This document shows positions 51,409 through 64,000 of a DNA stretch of 64,000 bases, in pieces (the stretch's first letter is position 1; each line of letters starts with the position of its first letter). Made by a program: the position numbers and the translations under genes. Source of the DNA: Callorhinchus milii (lineage: Eukaryota); contig NW_024704743.1 in NCBI RefSeq assembly GCF_018977255.1, forward strand, positions 52,702,001 to 52,766,000. Reading direction: 5' to 3'. The notes under the pieces were generated by a model. The model did no database searches. It saw nothing but the letters and a program-made list of their open reading frames with translations, and was not told the DNA's origin.

Positions 51409-53917
51409 CATGTTTCCTCTTGAACAACTGCCGGTACTGTCCGCAAAGCAGAAGAAAAGGAATGCGTGTGGATGGCCATACGTTGGTCTTCCAGTAGAAT
51501 TGAAAAATCATTGTGGAGAAAACAAAGAAAGAATGAAGTGAGAAACGGTTACTCAGGCCATCAAATCATTCATTTGTTGAAAAATATACAATTTGACCTT
51601 TCATCGACCACCCGACTTCTTCGATATCTTCAAGAAGACAACGAACCATGACATGTAAACAGCAAGTGCCCTGAGCATATATTGTTTAGATGAGCAGTTA
51701 GTGCCATAGTTGGAGAAATGACCTGTGCGGTGTGTTTTTTAATGCAATGGTAAACTAATAGGAGTTGCGAAAGTTCTTTTAACAAGAAATATTATTTGAA
51801 AGCTACCATAGGTACTGTATATGCTATCATTGTATGAGGAAGAGTGAAAGAATAATACAAGTGTAAACAGTGTTTACTAGCAGTGGGAGGTTTGGAGGTG
51901 TCAGGCACATGCTTGGAGCAGCTCAGTGCTACAGCCTAATACTTTGATGAAGTTCATTCACTTATTCTGCAAGCGCTCAGCCCCAACATCATGTGAGGAC
52001 TTAAATCTCACATGAAAGACATGTGGTGCTGATGTAGTGGGCACATGAAGATTTTTTTTGGATATTCCCATGGATCGTTTGATGGATTTGTGGATGTTTA
52101 ACTTTATTAAAGGAATCCTGAGTTGAGATGGTTGCATTTTATGGTTTCATTGCACTTTTTTCAACCACAAATGAACTTTAGAGGAGAGAATTAGCAGCTG
52201 TGTGAAACCTAGTCACATGGTGCAACGTGCGAAGGTCAGGAGTACTCCTGTATCACTCGAGGTTATCGAGGCACTCTGGGGCCCCAGTTGGTGTCTAAAA
52301 TTCCTTTTACACTGGTGCAATTTGTACTCTTCCCAAGAAGCCAAGGTGAAACTTTAACATATTATGCAGCAAGCATTGTTAGCGGTAGAGAAACTTTATG
52401 TCACAAGGGATTTTCACTTTATTTTCATGTTAGAGTCTAATATGGGGCTTCCTGTGAGTATCTTATTCAGTATATAGACTCTGTCCTGCTGATAGAGCAG
52501 TGAAAAGTCACGATCCACAAAGCGCATTTGAGACCTGCCTTCACAGACACTGGAGTTGTGAATATTGTGAATGGTGTCAGAGAAGGTGTGAAATTCCTAT
52601 TTGATACTTTAGGTCTATCTGAATTTAAACTGATGCTATTTTGTTCAGCTATTTTAGTTTTAATTACTAAAGAAATACACAGGATACATGATGGTTTTGT
52701 TGGTTTACTCAGAAGCAAATCATTGATATTGGGCCAGATAAGGAGTGACTTATACCGGCAATGTGCTGTGTTTACAGCTTCAGTTGACCATTAAACTTGT
52801 GCATCCAATTTCAACCACGCACTTTTGTCAGATACACATGCCTTCTTCTTCTCTCTGCCTCCATACTCTACCCTTCTTCCTCTGCCTACAACCACAGAAA
52901 GACAGAAAGGGAAGAGAATGGGAAAGAAAAACGGGAATGGGAGCAAAATGGTTCTTTCACACAAGTTTGAATTGGAGAAAGCAAATTAACAAAAACAAAG
53001 AGAAGCAAAAAAGGAAAAATACACAGCAAGAAAGAATGAAATTAATTAAATACAAAAATAAATGAATTTAAGGGCATCAGGCAGTCCGCAGAGGACAGTG
53101 GGCCCTAAACGAAGACTCAATCCTTTTCAATTTGAGATCAAGGGAAGGCCCTTATATTGAAAGTGCAGTTACAAACTCTTAGCACATAAAATGCAATGAG
53201 GAGAAAATAAAAATAAAAGCGAAGAAACCATCCTAAAGTAAACGAGTGAAAATATAACTTCAAAACTTCTGTTTATATCAATATGGTATATCACGTTTTG
53301 GAGTTTATTGTAGTTATTCTTCATTTTAATGTATTTCAGTGATGTTAATATAACTGGTTAATTGTTTTAATAATCAATAAATTTAGCTAATCATTGATTC
53401 CAGTGGCACAAGCTGCAGTATTGCATAGAATTACAGAAGCTCTGCAACACTATAACTGTCCATTCAACCCAACTAGTTCATGCTGGTGATTGTACTCCGC
53501 ATGAGCCTCCTAATCCGTGCCCCCCCATTCCGCCTCTTGTACGTCTGCGTGTGTGTGTGCAGGTATGTATGTATGTATGTACGGAAAATCAGCAGGTATA
53601 AAACAAAGAATGAAGGCTCTTGTGAGCAGACAGCAGCGTTTTTTTTCTGCTGCTCAGAAAAGTACTGTACCATAAATGTAGTGAAATGTATCACTGAAAT
53701 CCTGAGGAGGTTCAGCAAGGAACAATGAAAAAATAGAAAACCTTTTCTGTAGCTGGAGTTTGCAAGGACAGATTTTGTTTGTTTAGTGTAGGGTCACAGA
53801 GTTCACAGTGATTAATTGTGCATTAATTATATTCAAAATCAGGAGATAAAAACTGGCTGATAGGCAAGTTTTGTTTTCCCAAGAAGAGCCTTCAAAAAAT
53901 TGTTTGAATTGTTTTAC

Positions 53918-54690
53918 ATGAGGTGCAGACCGCAAATTTGCTTGGCCAATGGCAAGGCACCTGGTACAGATGGCATCAATACTGAGTTCCTAAAAGCTGC
54001 TCTGAAGGAGGAGATGGAGAACGGTGAGGATCTTACGGGTCCAAGCCAGGAACCTCCGACTCACCTTGGAGCTGCCCTCCTAGCACTAGTCAACAGGATT
54101 CTCTCTGACACCTGCACCCTGCCAGTGTTCCAGAGTGCAGTTCTGGTGTCTATCCTCAAGAAGGGTGACCCTAGTGAAACCGATAACTGCAGAGGGATCT
54201 CGCTGATTTTCGTGGCTCTTAAAGTGCTGCTTCGGGTCATCACCGCACGTGTACTGCATGCATTGGATGATCGTGGTTTGATCAGGAAGGAGCAGGCTGA
54301 CTTCCATTCTCATGAGGAATGTGTGGGACAGGATTCTGTCTCTGTATGAGATCGCAGAATGTCATAAGGGGAAACCCAATTATGTATTGTATCGGCTGGA
54401 TTGCGGCGCTTCTGTTTGCAGATGATATTGTGCTGCTGGCGGACTCAACTAGGGATCTTCTGCACTGCACCTGCCATCTTGAACACTCGGACATGGTGGT
54501 AGGCGTCCCAGTGGGGAATCATGATTCTGCACGGCCCAAGACATTGAGGGAATTGATTGGAAGATACAAGGGAATCAGTCCCAATTGTTGATTCATATCG
54601 GTATCTTGCTGTTGTGGTCGACACCAACTTGAGCCTGGACATTGTCCTGAAGGACTGCACAGTGAAGGGCCGAAGCATTGCCTGTAAGTG
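53918..54690 (+). mobile_element. Decayed, internally deleted non-LTR retrotransposon RT fragment (RTE/RTEX-like, not CR1/L2)
   Basis: GKAPGTDGI, SILKKGDPSETDNCRGISLI, EQADF..EECVGQ, then after frameshifts LYEI, LLFADDIVLLADS and PIVDSYRYLAV. Confidence 0.8.
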
Positions 54691-55069
54691 AGAAGAAAGC
54701 TTTCAGCATAACAAGCCCGTTTCGTCCGGAGATCACACATAAAACCTTCTCCACCATGAACTCCGCTCTATTCCTTGAATCTGCCGACCTGCTGAGAAAA
54801 AGTTCTAAAGTTCTTCATAGGTATTCCATGATCCCCCAAATTAATGAAGCTAAACCTGCAGAATATTTGCCCATTCACTAATGTCTTCTGTTAAATTCCT
54901 GACTGCTATCATTAGCTCCCCCTGCCTCAAATTACACAGAAATTATTGGTTCCCATTGAATGGGTGTTTTTTATTAAATGGGGAAAAGGCTAAACAGATT
55001 GCTATTTCAGAGAGCCAGCACAGACACAACGGGCCAAATGGCTTCTTTCTGTGCTGTATGCCTTTATCG

Positions 55070-55650
55070 TTATAATTCCAGTGATTATTCTTAACTGGAT
55101 AACATCAATTTGAAAGAGTTAAACAACTTCTATTTTGGAAATCTGATCTACACACATCCACTAGTCGGTGGGAAAAAATCACTCTCGTCTCTTGTTTCAT
55201 TTGAGGTTTGTTAATTTTAAACCTACGTTCTCCAATTCTATTTGACACTGTGTCAAATATCCTGATCCAGAAGATTTATTTTTAATTCCCACGTTTTGGT
55301 CATTGCTCTTTTGAACTTTCCTCTCTTGTTCTGTTCAAGTACCAAATATGCTGTTTTCAACACACTTGACCCTCCCTGTATCCTCAGTGTGTTGAAATTA
55401 ACACTCATTGTACTGTCTTCTACTCTTATCTCATTCTTTCTCAAGATCTCAATGTGGAAGCTGTTATCTCCTCTTTTAAAATCTTGTCTCCTTCAGTCTT
55501 CTCTCCCTTATGCAACCTAGCATAGCTTTTTAAAGCTATTTTTGGCATTGCCTAGCCATGTCTTTTTGATGTCTTATTCTGTGGTTCTTGGCTTTTCACT
55601 TGGCTTTCCCAATTAAAAAANGAATGTTGTCAAAAGGCTTCCAAATACTT
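55070..55650 (-). mobile_element. Very old CR1-like 3' fragment
   Basis: Weak reverse-complement similarity to the CR1 C-terminal region. Confidence 0.35.
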
Positions 55651-56282
55651 TAGTTCTTGCACTGAACAAATGAGTGAATTTTAACAGATGCCATGATTTT
55701 GGATTTACAATGGTTGTTGAAATCTGCATTAAAAACACAAAATGCTTTCTCTGCTATTCATTTATGTCTCGCCTTCTGTAATATGCTGAGATTGCAACAT
55801 GAAATGATAATTGAAATGTATGCCAAATCTTCATTTATTCTACATTACATTACCAGTGGAACTAGCTTTGGCCTGCAGATAACAGCAATTCTGTTGTTCT
55901 CTAGTTTTCTCTCTTCCTTTACTGAAGATGTTGACCAAATTTGGGATATGGTTCCTTGAGCACCAGCAACCATTCAATAACTCATCCACATGTTTATTCT
56001 TTGTATCTGAGCCTAGATAGTTAACCACAGGGGCATTGCAGCTAAGTTGGTGTCCACTCATGGGCATTTCCAGCAGGGTCATCAGAAAATGCTCAGAAAT
56101 AGGAATGTTCAAGTTGGACCACTCTGTCTCTAAGGACGTTTGGGTCCAGGGTTAACAGGAGGCTGGTGGGAAGAATCCCTTTCCCAGCCATTGCAACTCA
56201 AGTAGTTAGTTCAAAAATGTTTAAAACCAGAATGGTATGAATATTTTTTTATATAAACTTTGTCTTTCATTCCTTTGTGCAG

Positions 56283-56450
56283 GATATGATGTTCCAGCTG
56301 CTTTGTGGACTAGACTTTCTTCATTCCCACCGTGTGGTTCATCGAGACTTGAAACCCCAGAATATACTTGTAACCAGCAGTGGCCAAATCAAGCTGGCTG
56401 ATTTTGGTCTGGCTCGCATTTACAGTTTTCAGATGGCACTTACTTCAGTG
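56283..56450 (+). CDS. CDK6: Cyclin-dependent kinase 6, internal coding exon (equivalent to human exon 4; catalytic loop and DFG)
   Basis: tgcag acceptor and GTG|gtaagt donor. 168 nt, in phase with the previous exon. [56 protein letters not shown] contains HRDLKPQN and [11 protein letters not shown] and [10 protein letters not shown] are CDK6-type rather than CDK4-type. Confidence 0.97.
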
Positions 56451-56639
56451 GTAAGTTTATGAATTTTTTTATATATAAGGGAATGCCTAACAAGCACCAA
56501 AAGCCAATGAAAGGACATTAACATTTGCGTTACAGGAAAGTTTCAGTTACAAAGAGTCTACCTCGCTTCTACTGTATGACACAGGTTGCATTGCAACACT
56601 TGTTAAAGGGGAATTAAACAATAACCATGAATATAACAT

Positions 56640-57145
56640 TAACTGTTCAGAAAAAAATATTTCCTGGTATCTGTCCTGAAATTGCCCTTTACAACTCTAA
56701 AACTATATCTTCTTGTTCTACTTTTTTGGTACACCTGAAAATATTGTTCTGGGCTTCCTTTCTCAATCCCATTTAAAATATTACATACCTTTGTAAGGTC
56801 CCCTTGGCAAAGTGTCATTTTAAGACTGAAGAGTCCCTGCATGTATAATCGTTGCTTATATTTCATTCCTCTAACACTGGGGATCATGCTTGTTGCTCTT
56901 TTCTGCACTGCCTCTAGGGTGACTAGAACTGTATACAGTACTCTAGATGTGAGGTAATGAACACTGTGGCTTGTGAATGTCTTCTAGGGATCTGAACTCA
57001 CTGATTTGGCAATGTAGCCCAGAATCCTGTTTGTCTTGTTTATTGCTGCTTCACACGGTGAGCGATAAGTCACTAGATTTCCCCAACACCCCTAGATTTC
57101 ATTCAGGCTCCCCCTTGGCAAGTTCTATCTCATCCACAGAGTACT
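56640..57145 (-). mobile_element. Old CR1 3' fragment
   Basis: - strand ORF QKRATSMIPSVRGMKYKQRL..GLFSL...GDL..V..IL.G...SRTR..SF parallels the CR1 C-terminus at 35800-36050. Confidence 0.75.
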
Positions 57146-57245
57146 TATTATGATTATTATTATTATTATTACTTGTGTTTCATAATCTTACTTTCTATAT
57201 GTTGTACAGCAATTGGCTGCTGAAACTAACACTGTGTGCAAAACA

Positions 57246-57345
57246 CAAAATACTGCAGATGCTAGAATCTGAAACAAAAACAGAGAGAGCTGGGAAAACT
57301 CAGCAGGTCAGGCAGCATCTATGGAGAAAGGAAAGTGAGTCAACT
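57246..57345. mobile_element. Penelope-like terminal repeat fragment
   Basis: AATACTGCAGATGCTaGAATCTG..AAAAACAGA..GCTGG..AACTCAGCAGGTCAGGCAGCATCT resembles a common chondrichthyan repeat end (recalled); related decayed copy at 38112-38290. Confidence 0.5.
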
Positions 57346-57879
57346 TCACAATGCACTAAACATCATCCCATTCTGTTGATCTCACCTTCACTGGGTTGAC
57401 TGTGAGCTTATTGAACGCCATCCTGATCTCCAAGATGGACAAGCAGGATGCAGGTGCAACAGTGATTCAGTGCCTTACCTCCAACTCATATTCCACCTCT
57501 GCCCACAATGTTATCAGTGAAAGAATACTCCATCAAAAACATTTCACTGATGTCAGCAGGGACAGTAATCCCTGAGAGCTCAGCCTTCTCCTCCTGCCTC
57601 TTCTCACCCTCCTGCTGAAGTTTGCACATCCATTTCCTATTGAAACCAGCGTTTACATACAGCTGCCATATCAGGACAACAATTAGCATCTTGTTGTGGT
57701 GGCACTGGGATCAGAACTATGTGTTCTGAATGCAGCTTCTAATTGGCTCTCTGCTGGATTTTGACTCTACCAAAAACTAACACTGAAGAAGCCCAGTTTT
57801 CATGTGTTGACATTTTGGCAGAAAACGTTATACTGTACGAGACAACTATTCAGACCCCTTTACTCAGGACCATAAAGAC

Positions 57880-58323
57880 AAGTAGAGTGGTCCTAAGCTG
57901 GCGAAGTAGCTGGAAGCTTACCAGACAGTGCTTTCCATTGCAAGCTATGCAATTTTTGCTGGTTAAACTCCAGCAATGCCCCAACGCACATCCTGGGTCC
58001 CGAAGCCTTAGTTCTTGCCCATTTGTGCCTAATAAAACAATTTGCCCACAAAATACACAGTCAAATCACTTTACAATATATACTCTGAAGCACTTTGAAA
58101 TCTCTCAACGCTGAGGTAAGGAACTATATCAAATGTAAGGATTATTATTATGATACTCTCCGGAATTAGGTAAACAGGGAGCATCTGGGGAGAGAATGCC
58201 CATTCCAAACATAGGAATTTCCATGTGGTAGGTGGGATACATGGAACTCTCAGTCTGGTTTGGATACTCGTAAGCACAGTGATAGGTTTCCGCATGTGTT
58301 AGTGACCCAGTTGACCTAAAAAA
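57880..58323 (+). mobile_element. Unassigned retroposon-like repeat, copy F, interrupted by a SINE 3' fragment (about 58035-58150)
   Basis: Same blocks; ends GTTGACC-TAAAAAA. Confidence 0.8.
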
Positions 58324-58332
58324 TTTCATTTG

Positions 58333-58850
58333 TACAACGACAACAAATTGCATTCATATACCTTTCACATAAGGAGGGGTCCCAAGGCACAGGACAGTCA
58401 AGGGTTTGCACCCAAGCTAGGTCAATTCTTGAGGTGTGGGGACCAAAGGGGAGTGGGGCTGGGAAGATGACCGAAGACGAGGTCAAAGAGGAATGTCTTT
58501 ATCGGACCTTGAAGCAGGCGAGGAGAAGGGATTCTGGGATTGAGTTCCAGAGCGTAGGGGCAGAGAGGCTGAAGGTCCAACCGCTATGGAGAGGCGAGCA
58601 AGGTGGGGGGACGTGAAGCAAGCTTGTGTCTCCCAAGCAGAGGGAGAACGCGGATTGGTAAGGTTTCTGAAGGTCACAGAGATAGGGTGTGGCAAGATTG
58701 TGGTGGGCTTTAAAAGTGAGGACGAGTATCTTGAACTCAGTTCTCTGGGGGATGGGGAGGCAGTGGAGTTGAGCAAGGATGGTGCAGGAGAGGACACAAG
58801 CTTCCGTCTGCAGCTTGTGGAGGGAAGAGTTGTGAAGCGAGCGAATCGCT
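58333..58850 (-). mobile_element. L2 LINE 3' fragment
   Basis: (CAA)n tail and body similar to 46418-46830. Confidence 0.75.
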
Positions 58851-60799
58851 AGGTTTTACCTGTTGTTATTGCAGACTGTTTAGGATTAGAAACAGCATTG
58901 TGAAAAAATAATCTGTGCTGTGCTCCAACTCTGTGGTAGCCACCTATTGTTCATTAACAAAGTGCACGGAATGGAACATCTGGTGATCTTGCTGCAAAGA
59001 ATAATAAAACATGTCCTATCCAAGGAAAACCATTATCATGTTTAATATTAGAAGATATAACTTCAGCCAAAACTGTGTACAGTACTGAAAAGTCCTTTAA
59101 ATTAAGGGATTTCAGCCAATTTAAACTGGAAACTGGATAAATAAAAATATTCTGGATTTTTATGGCTGAACATGAAGATTAGCTTTTGCTCGTATGGAAT
59201 CTTTAATTGACTGCAATACAGTTGAATAAATATATCTTACACTCAGATGCACAATAATACTACAATCACATTGAAAAATGCTACAATATTTCCTTTTTAT
59301 TATAACTGCATTTGTAGTGATTATACACTACAATACAATTTACGATTGTATAGCACCTTTTATGTTGTGAGGATGACTCAAAGTACTTGACACTGTTGGG
59401 TTGGCTGTTGGTGGGAAGGAAAAAGATGACCGAAAGCACAGTCTGAGGGTTACATTTATATTTTCAAGAATTAAACCCACAGTAATTTGACAAGTTCAAG
59501 GTATTGTTGTGGTTTCCATATTTAAAAAGCAGCTCTTGAAAAGTGTGAGGACAGCCACTTCTGTTTGCCATGCTTTGGTAGGATCTCCTCTGTTCAGGTT
59601 GGCAAGACATTTAGTTCCTGCAATGTGATTTATATAGTATCACACTTATTAGGCTCTCCAATTCTGTTTCTCAGTCTAAGTCCTTAGCTTAAGAAGTTAG
59701 TTGAACATGTGTAAAGAGAGCTGTGAATGCATAGAAGAAGATAGCTATATGGTAAAGGAATTTTTTGGAAGTAGGGACTCATTTTTGGAGTTCGCTCCCT
59801 TTGAAACAGTACGTACGTGAGCTTTAAACTGCAACAGAACTGCTCCTTTAAAGGGATGGTTTCTTCTGGAATTCTTGGTTTGCAAGCCAGAATCCTAGCA
59901 AGTAAACAGAGGCCAATTCAGGGGTATGGAAAATGGTAAACGTTATTCTACCATGAATATTAAATGGTTTTAATACACACTTATTATGATTAAAAATTAT
60001 ATTCGTCCCAAAATATTTGTCGCCATTGCAGTACATTCCACTTCTCTTCCCATTTGGACTCAATAATTGAAAGAATTTCTGTCTTATATAGCAAATGTTT
60101 GACAAATGAAGCCCTTTTTCAGCACAAAATGATCTTTTGCAGGTTATCATTTTAATTTTATAAATGGTTTGCTTCGAAAAAAATATGTTTCCTGATCACA
60201 AGTGATCTTTTTGACAGTCAATCAAATTAGTGTTTAAGATCCATACATTATAATCTCTGATGTTTAAACCATACCTATAATTTTAAACCCACCCATAATA
60301 AAATCCCATTCAGTTAAGGTACTTTCCTAGTCAGCAAAACATGCAGGAAGGTGTGACTTATAAGATTTTACGGTTTTATGGCTTTCTTTGAATTGCATGA
60401 CTCCCAGTGACCTAAAGCACATTTGATAAATCGATATTCAAGAGGAAAAGATTCCTTTGGTTCAAATTTATATCAGAAGAATATTACATACCTTCATAAA
60501 AATCAGGAGAGTTCCCAGTTCTATCTAAAATTTCTCATGCTGATTGACTTCAACTCTTTGAACATTCTGGCCATTATTTTCACACACATTTGCAATAACA
60601 ATACTGTATGTCAGTTGAGGAGTTTTTAAATTTTTTTCCCCCTATTCAATATAATTAGTCATGATTTGGGTACTTTTTGTAGAATGCTTAACAATAGCAT
60701 TATCACATTCTCACTTGCGGTGGAAAATAGCACAAACTGTAAGAAGTGCAAATTAAAGGTGCTAAGTCAGTCATGGTTATGACAAACTGAATATTAATT

Positions 60800-61115
60800 T
60801 GTGTTTCCCACAATGACTCAATTGGTAAATTCACTGTCTGTTCTCCAACTGAATTGTACAGATTGGGACAGTCCCATGCTCGATTAGTAGTTGGTGCTGA
60901 GTTAGTTGCGTGAGTGCACTTCAATTGGTCTCAACACTTGAACTAGCAACGTGGGGGAAAAAAATCAGCCAATATTGCCATATCCCACCCGCGATTCACA
61001 ACTGCTATAAAATGCATATCTGCAGATGTCGGGTGAGAACACAAATGGGCTGGACTGTATTGCAACCCACAGTTGATTAGTTTCTGACATTCACTGTCTA
61101 GGTTCACAAATGAAA
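60800..61115 (+). mobile_element. AmnSINE2-like SINE relic, followed by a SINE/L2 tail to about 61240
   Basis: GTGCTGAGTTAG, CAATTGGTCTCA, GGGGAAAAAAATCAGCCA, GATGTCGGGTGAG, CACTGTCTAGG in the order of the recalled consensus; partial copy at 45300-45400. Confidence 0.55.
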
Positions 61116-62592
61116 AACTGTGAGAAAACAGAGGGAGGTCACTGTCCGAAAATGTACTCTTTACAAATCCTGTGAAGCGCTTTATGACATGTCCCAATGT
61201 GAAAAAAGCCATATCAAATGCAAGGATTTATGTTTTTATTACTACAGCATAAGTCAGAAGAGAAGGAAACAAAAGTAGGAGCAGAGAGAATTTAAAACCT
61301 ATATTTTTTTCAAATTATTTGGAGGCTTAAACACTTGAAATAACTGTGAACATTGTCGTACTTATAAACGGGAATTTTTTTTAAAGAAACATTCATTCTT
61401 GATAATCAAAAGGCTAAATCTAGATACTGTTCAAAAACAAAGTAAGCCAGAAGTTGAAGTGACAGCTCATTACATCATTAATGGAAAAGGCAGATGCCGG
61501 TCACCCCTGTCCAAAATAAAATAACATAAAATGTATGGCTGCCACTGGATCCTTTGAAAGAATCCCCTTGCTCTCTTCATTCATTCACAAACTACTGCAC
61601 CCATATTCTCTGCTGACAAAGAGACTGTTCATTTGGGACAATGAGCCTTGCCAGAGGGCCTGCCACTGAAAATCCGATCTCACCCACTGGATGTTGCAAA
61701 TCTGGATTATCAAAGCGAAAGCTTTCTGGCGGAAAACGATTTCTGAAAAGTCCTGAATGCCAAAGAATTCCTGCTGGCAGGTCACAACCGCGGCAGGTTG
61801 CTGCAGTGAAAGAGCTAGTCTCTCGGGATGGGCCAAAAGCCTCCCATGATATTCAGCTGAGGATGCAAGCTAATGGTGCATCTGTAAAGTGAGAACGACC
61901 ACAGCAGCTGCAGTAATAGCTGGGGAGCTGTCCTTTTCCTACATAGATAGCAGATCTGAGTCCAGTCCTTTTCATTGACCAGAAACGGTGCTTCCTTTCA
62001 AATTAAACCAGACGTGGGTTATTTTGCAGATGCTTTACTCTGCCGGAGTCTAGATATGAATAAGCTTTGTGCTGATAGAGAAAAAGTGCGTGGTTGAGCA
62101 GCAATACATGAATGCATGATAACGCTTCATTCACTATTACTATCATTATAAAACAAATGCTAAATGACTTTATATAGGACATCATTCTTTCTCATTTTGA
62201 CCTTTTTGAGTATTCTGATTTTGAGATCGAACTGCTTTCATCTAAGGACAGGAATCACACAGTCCTGTTGCTGGACATATTATCTTTCTCATACGTTATG
62301 TACAATCTGCTGATGATTTTTGTCTCAGTGCAGTTTGTAGCTCTCAAAGGTAAAACGATTACTAGAATTTCTCCGGAACAAATTCTGTGGGATTTCAGTG
62401 TCTGACAGTGTCTGACTCAGTTGTCTTTCAAAAGTCAATTACTTTATGGTACACATACATGCCATACCCAGTACATTAATTGAAATCGAATCCACCCTTC
62501 CCTTACAGTTACCCTGTATTGATTATTTATAATTCATTTTGACCAATATAATTACTTTTTAAAAAAAGTCAAAGTTAGACCAACTTTGGTGT

Positions 62593-62786
62593 CTAATTTG
62601 CAGGTTGTGATAACCCATATGTAAAAGCCTGTGTCTGGACAAATGCAAGTTCACTTAATTATGACATTAACAACCTATAAATTTATAATGATTATCATTA
62701 GTTGTTACTTACAGTTGTTACGTAAGAGCTTGTGATCCCCTTTGCATACCCGGGTTTATAAATGGTTAGCACAACCTGCAAATTAG
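62593..62786. mobile_element. MITE-like element with terminal inverted repeats
   Basis: CTAATTTGCAGGTTGTGATAACC / GGTTAGCACAACCTGCAAATTAG (22 of 23 complementary). Confidence 0.7.
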
Positions 62787-64000
62787 GTTCAACTGCCTCT
62801 TACAATATTCACATTTCTGTCAGAATCTTGGAAGATTGGACTCTGCTGGAAAGCATATTATCTTTCGCACAACTTGTGTACAATCTGTACACAAAGCAGT
62901 TGAGCATCAAGTGTGGCTGAACTTTTTGTAACTTTTTTGCCACACATTTATATACTTGGATCAATCAGACATCTTAATACAGCTGGAGCAGTAATGCTAA
63001 GTGTCAGTTTATTAGTGTACGCCTACATTGCGAGCTCCTATTTGCACACGACTTGCTGAGGTGCTTCCCAAGATAAAAAATTGGATCGTGAGCAGTGTCG
63101 GATGCTCTCATGTCCAACTGAACCAGTTAAGAAGCAACATTAGAAGACAATGCGACTGGATTGCCCAGTCTTTCAGGTCTGGCATAACACAGGATGAGGG
63201 AAATAAAAATGGCTTGCTCGTACATAAGTGTGTGTAACTTGATCTCTTCGCCTAGGCTGACAATGCAGTGCAACACTGGGGGAATACTGTAATGTCAGAG
63301 ATGCTGTTCTGTGGCTGAGAAATTAAACAGAGATCCCGTCTACCTATTTATGTGTTGTTATAACACTATTTAAATTGAGGCAAAATCAATAACAGTAAAG
63401 TGTAGTAACTGATTCGACAAAATCGAGAATCACTGTAAAACACCTTGAGATATTTTGACACACATTTGCCCACAAAATATACAGTCAATTCAGTATACAG
63501 TATATTTTGTGAAGCGCTGTGAGACGTCTCAAAGATGTGTCAAAAGCAAGGATGAATATTATTATTATTAATCAGACACTGTGAAAATGCATTTTTTTAA
63601 ATTAATCTAATGCCCCTTGGTGTTGCTATTATGTATGCTTATATATACTCTGGAGTACTAACAAAGTAGCACTGCACAAAACTGCACTATTTCAATAAAA
63701 GGCTACGGAAGAGTACGTTTTTTTCATCCATGTCATATATGTTGTCTCCAAGGCCAAATGTGGCAGTATTGTACTCCTTTTGCCCTGATTCCCAGAGTTT
63801 GCAATACTACAAGGTTTCTTAGCTTTTATGATGCATGAAATTCTACTTTATTTTGAGAATTGAACAAACAACAAAAAAAGCAGCTCACAACGAGTGCCCT
63901 TTATTGCCTGCCAGAGGTTTGCAGAACAAGGCTCAGGTTTTAAGTGGCGGCTGTGTTTGATTACTGTCACATGGCTTGTGAAACGAAGTACAGTGGAGGT

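Larger units (their letters stand above)
27322..56282 (+). other. CDK6: CDK6 intron (GT...AG, 28,961 nt)
   Basis: Canonical splice sites join ...ETIK to DMMFQ... in frame. Confidence 0.9.

Noticed and set aside
56304..56306. Cys in LLCGLDF where human CDK6 has Arg
   Set aside because: Non-catalytic helix position; all catalytic motifs are intact, so no functional claim can be supported.

Overview
Eukaryotic (vertebrate) genomic DNA. The repeat content (Deu-core and tRNA-Ala-like SINEs with L2-type (TAT)n tails, CR1 and L2 LINEs, LF-SINE-like and AmnSINE2-like relics) points to a cartilaginous fish, probably a chimaera; this is an inference. The window holds the 5' half of CDK6 on the + strand. 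Two internal coding exons are clear (27186-27321, 136 nt; 56283-56450, 168 nt), separated by a 28,961-nt intron. A GC-rich, microsatellite-rich promoter/5' region lies at about 6.3-11.6 kb. The ATG-containing exon is not in the visible sequence and probably falls in the 25-N gap at 9421-9445. The rest is intron or intergenic DNA densely filled with retroposon and DNA-transposon relics. Almost all ORFs in the supplied track are spurious. I see no convincing new protein-coding system. The best leads are: (i) a decayed reverse-transcriptase fragment unlike the local CR1/L2 elements (53918-54690); (ii) a six-copy, 5'-truncated, A-tailed non-coding retroposon I cannot assign, which repeatedly carries secondary insertions; (iii) an 88-nt pre-miRNA-like hairpin next to a hAT transposase relic; (iv) several fold-back elements. 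Repeat family names come from recalled motifs, not from a database search.
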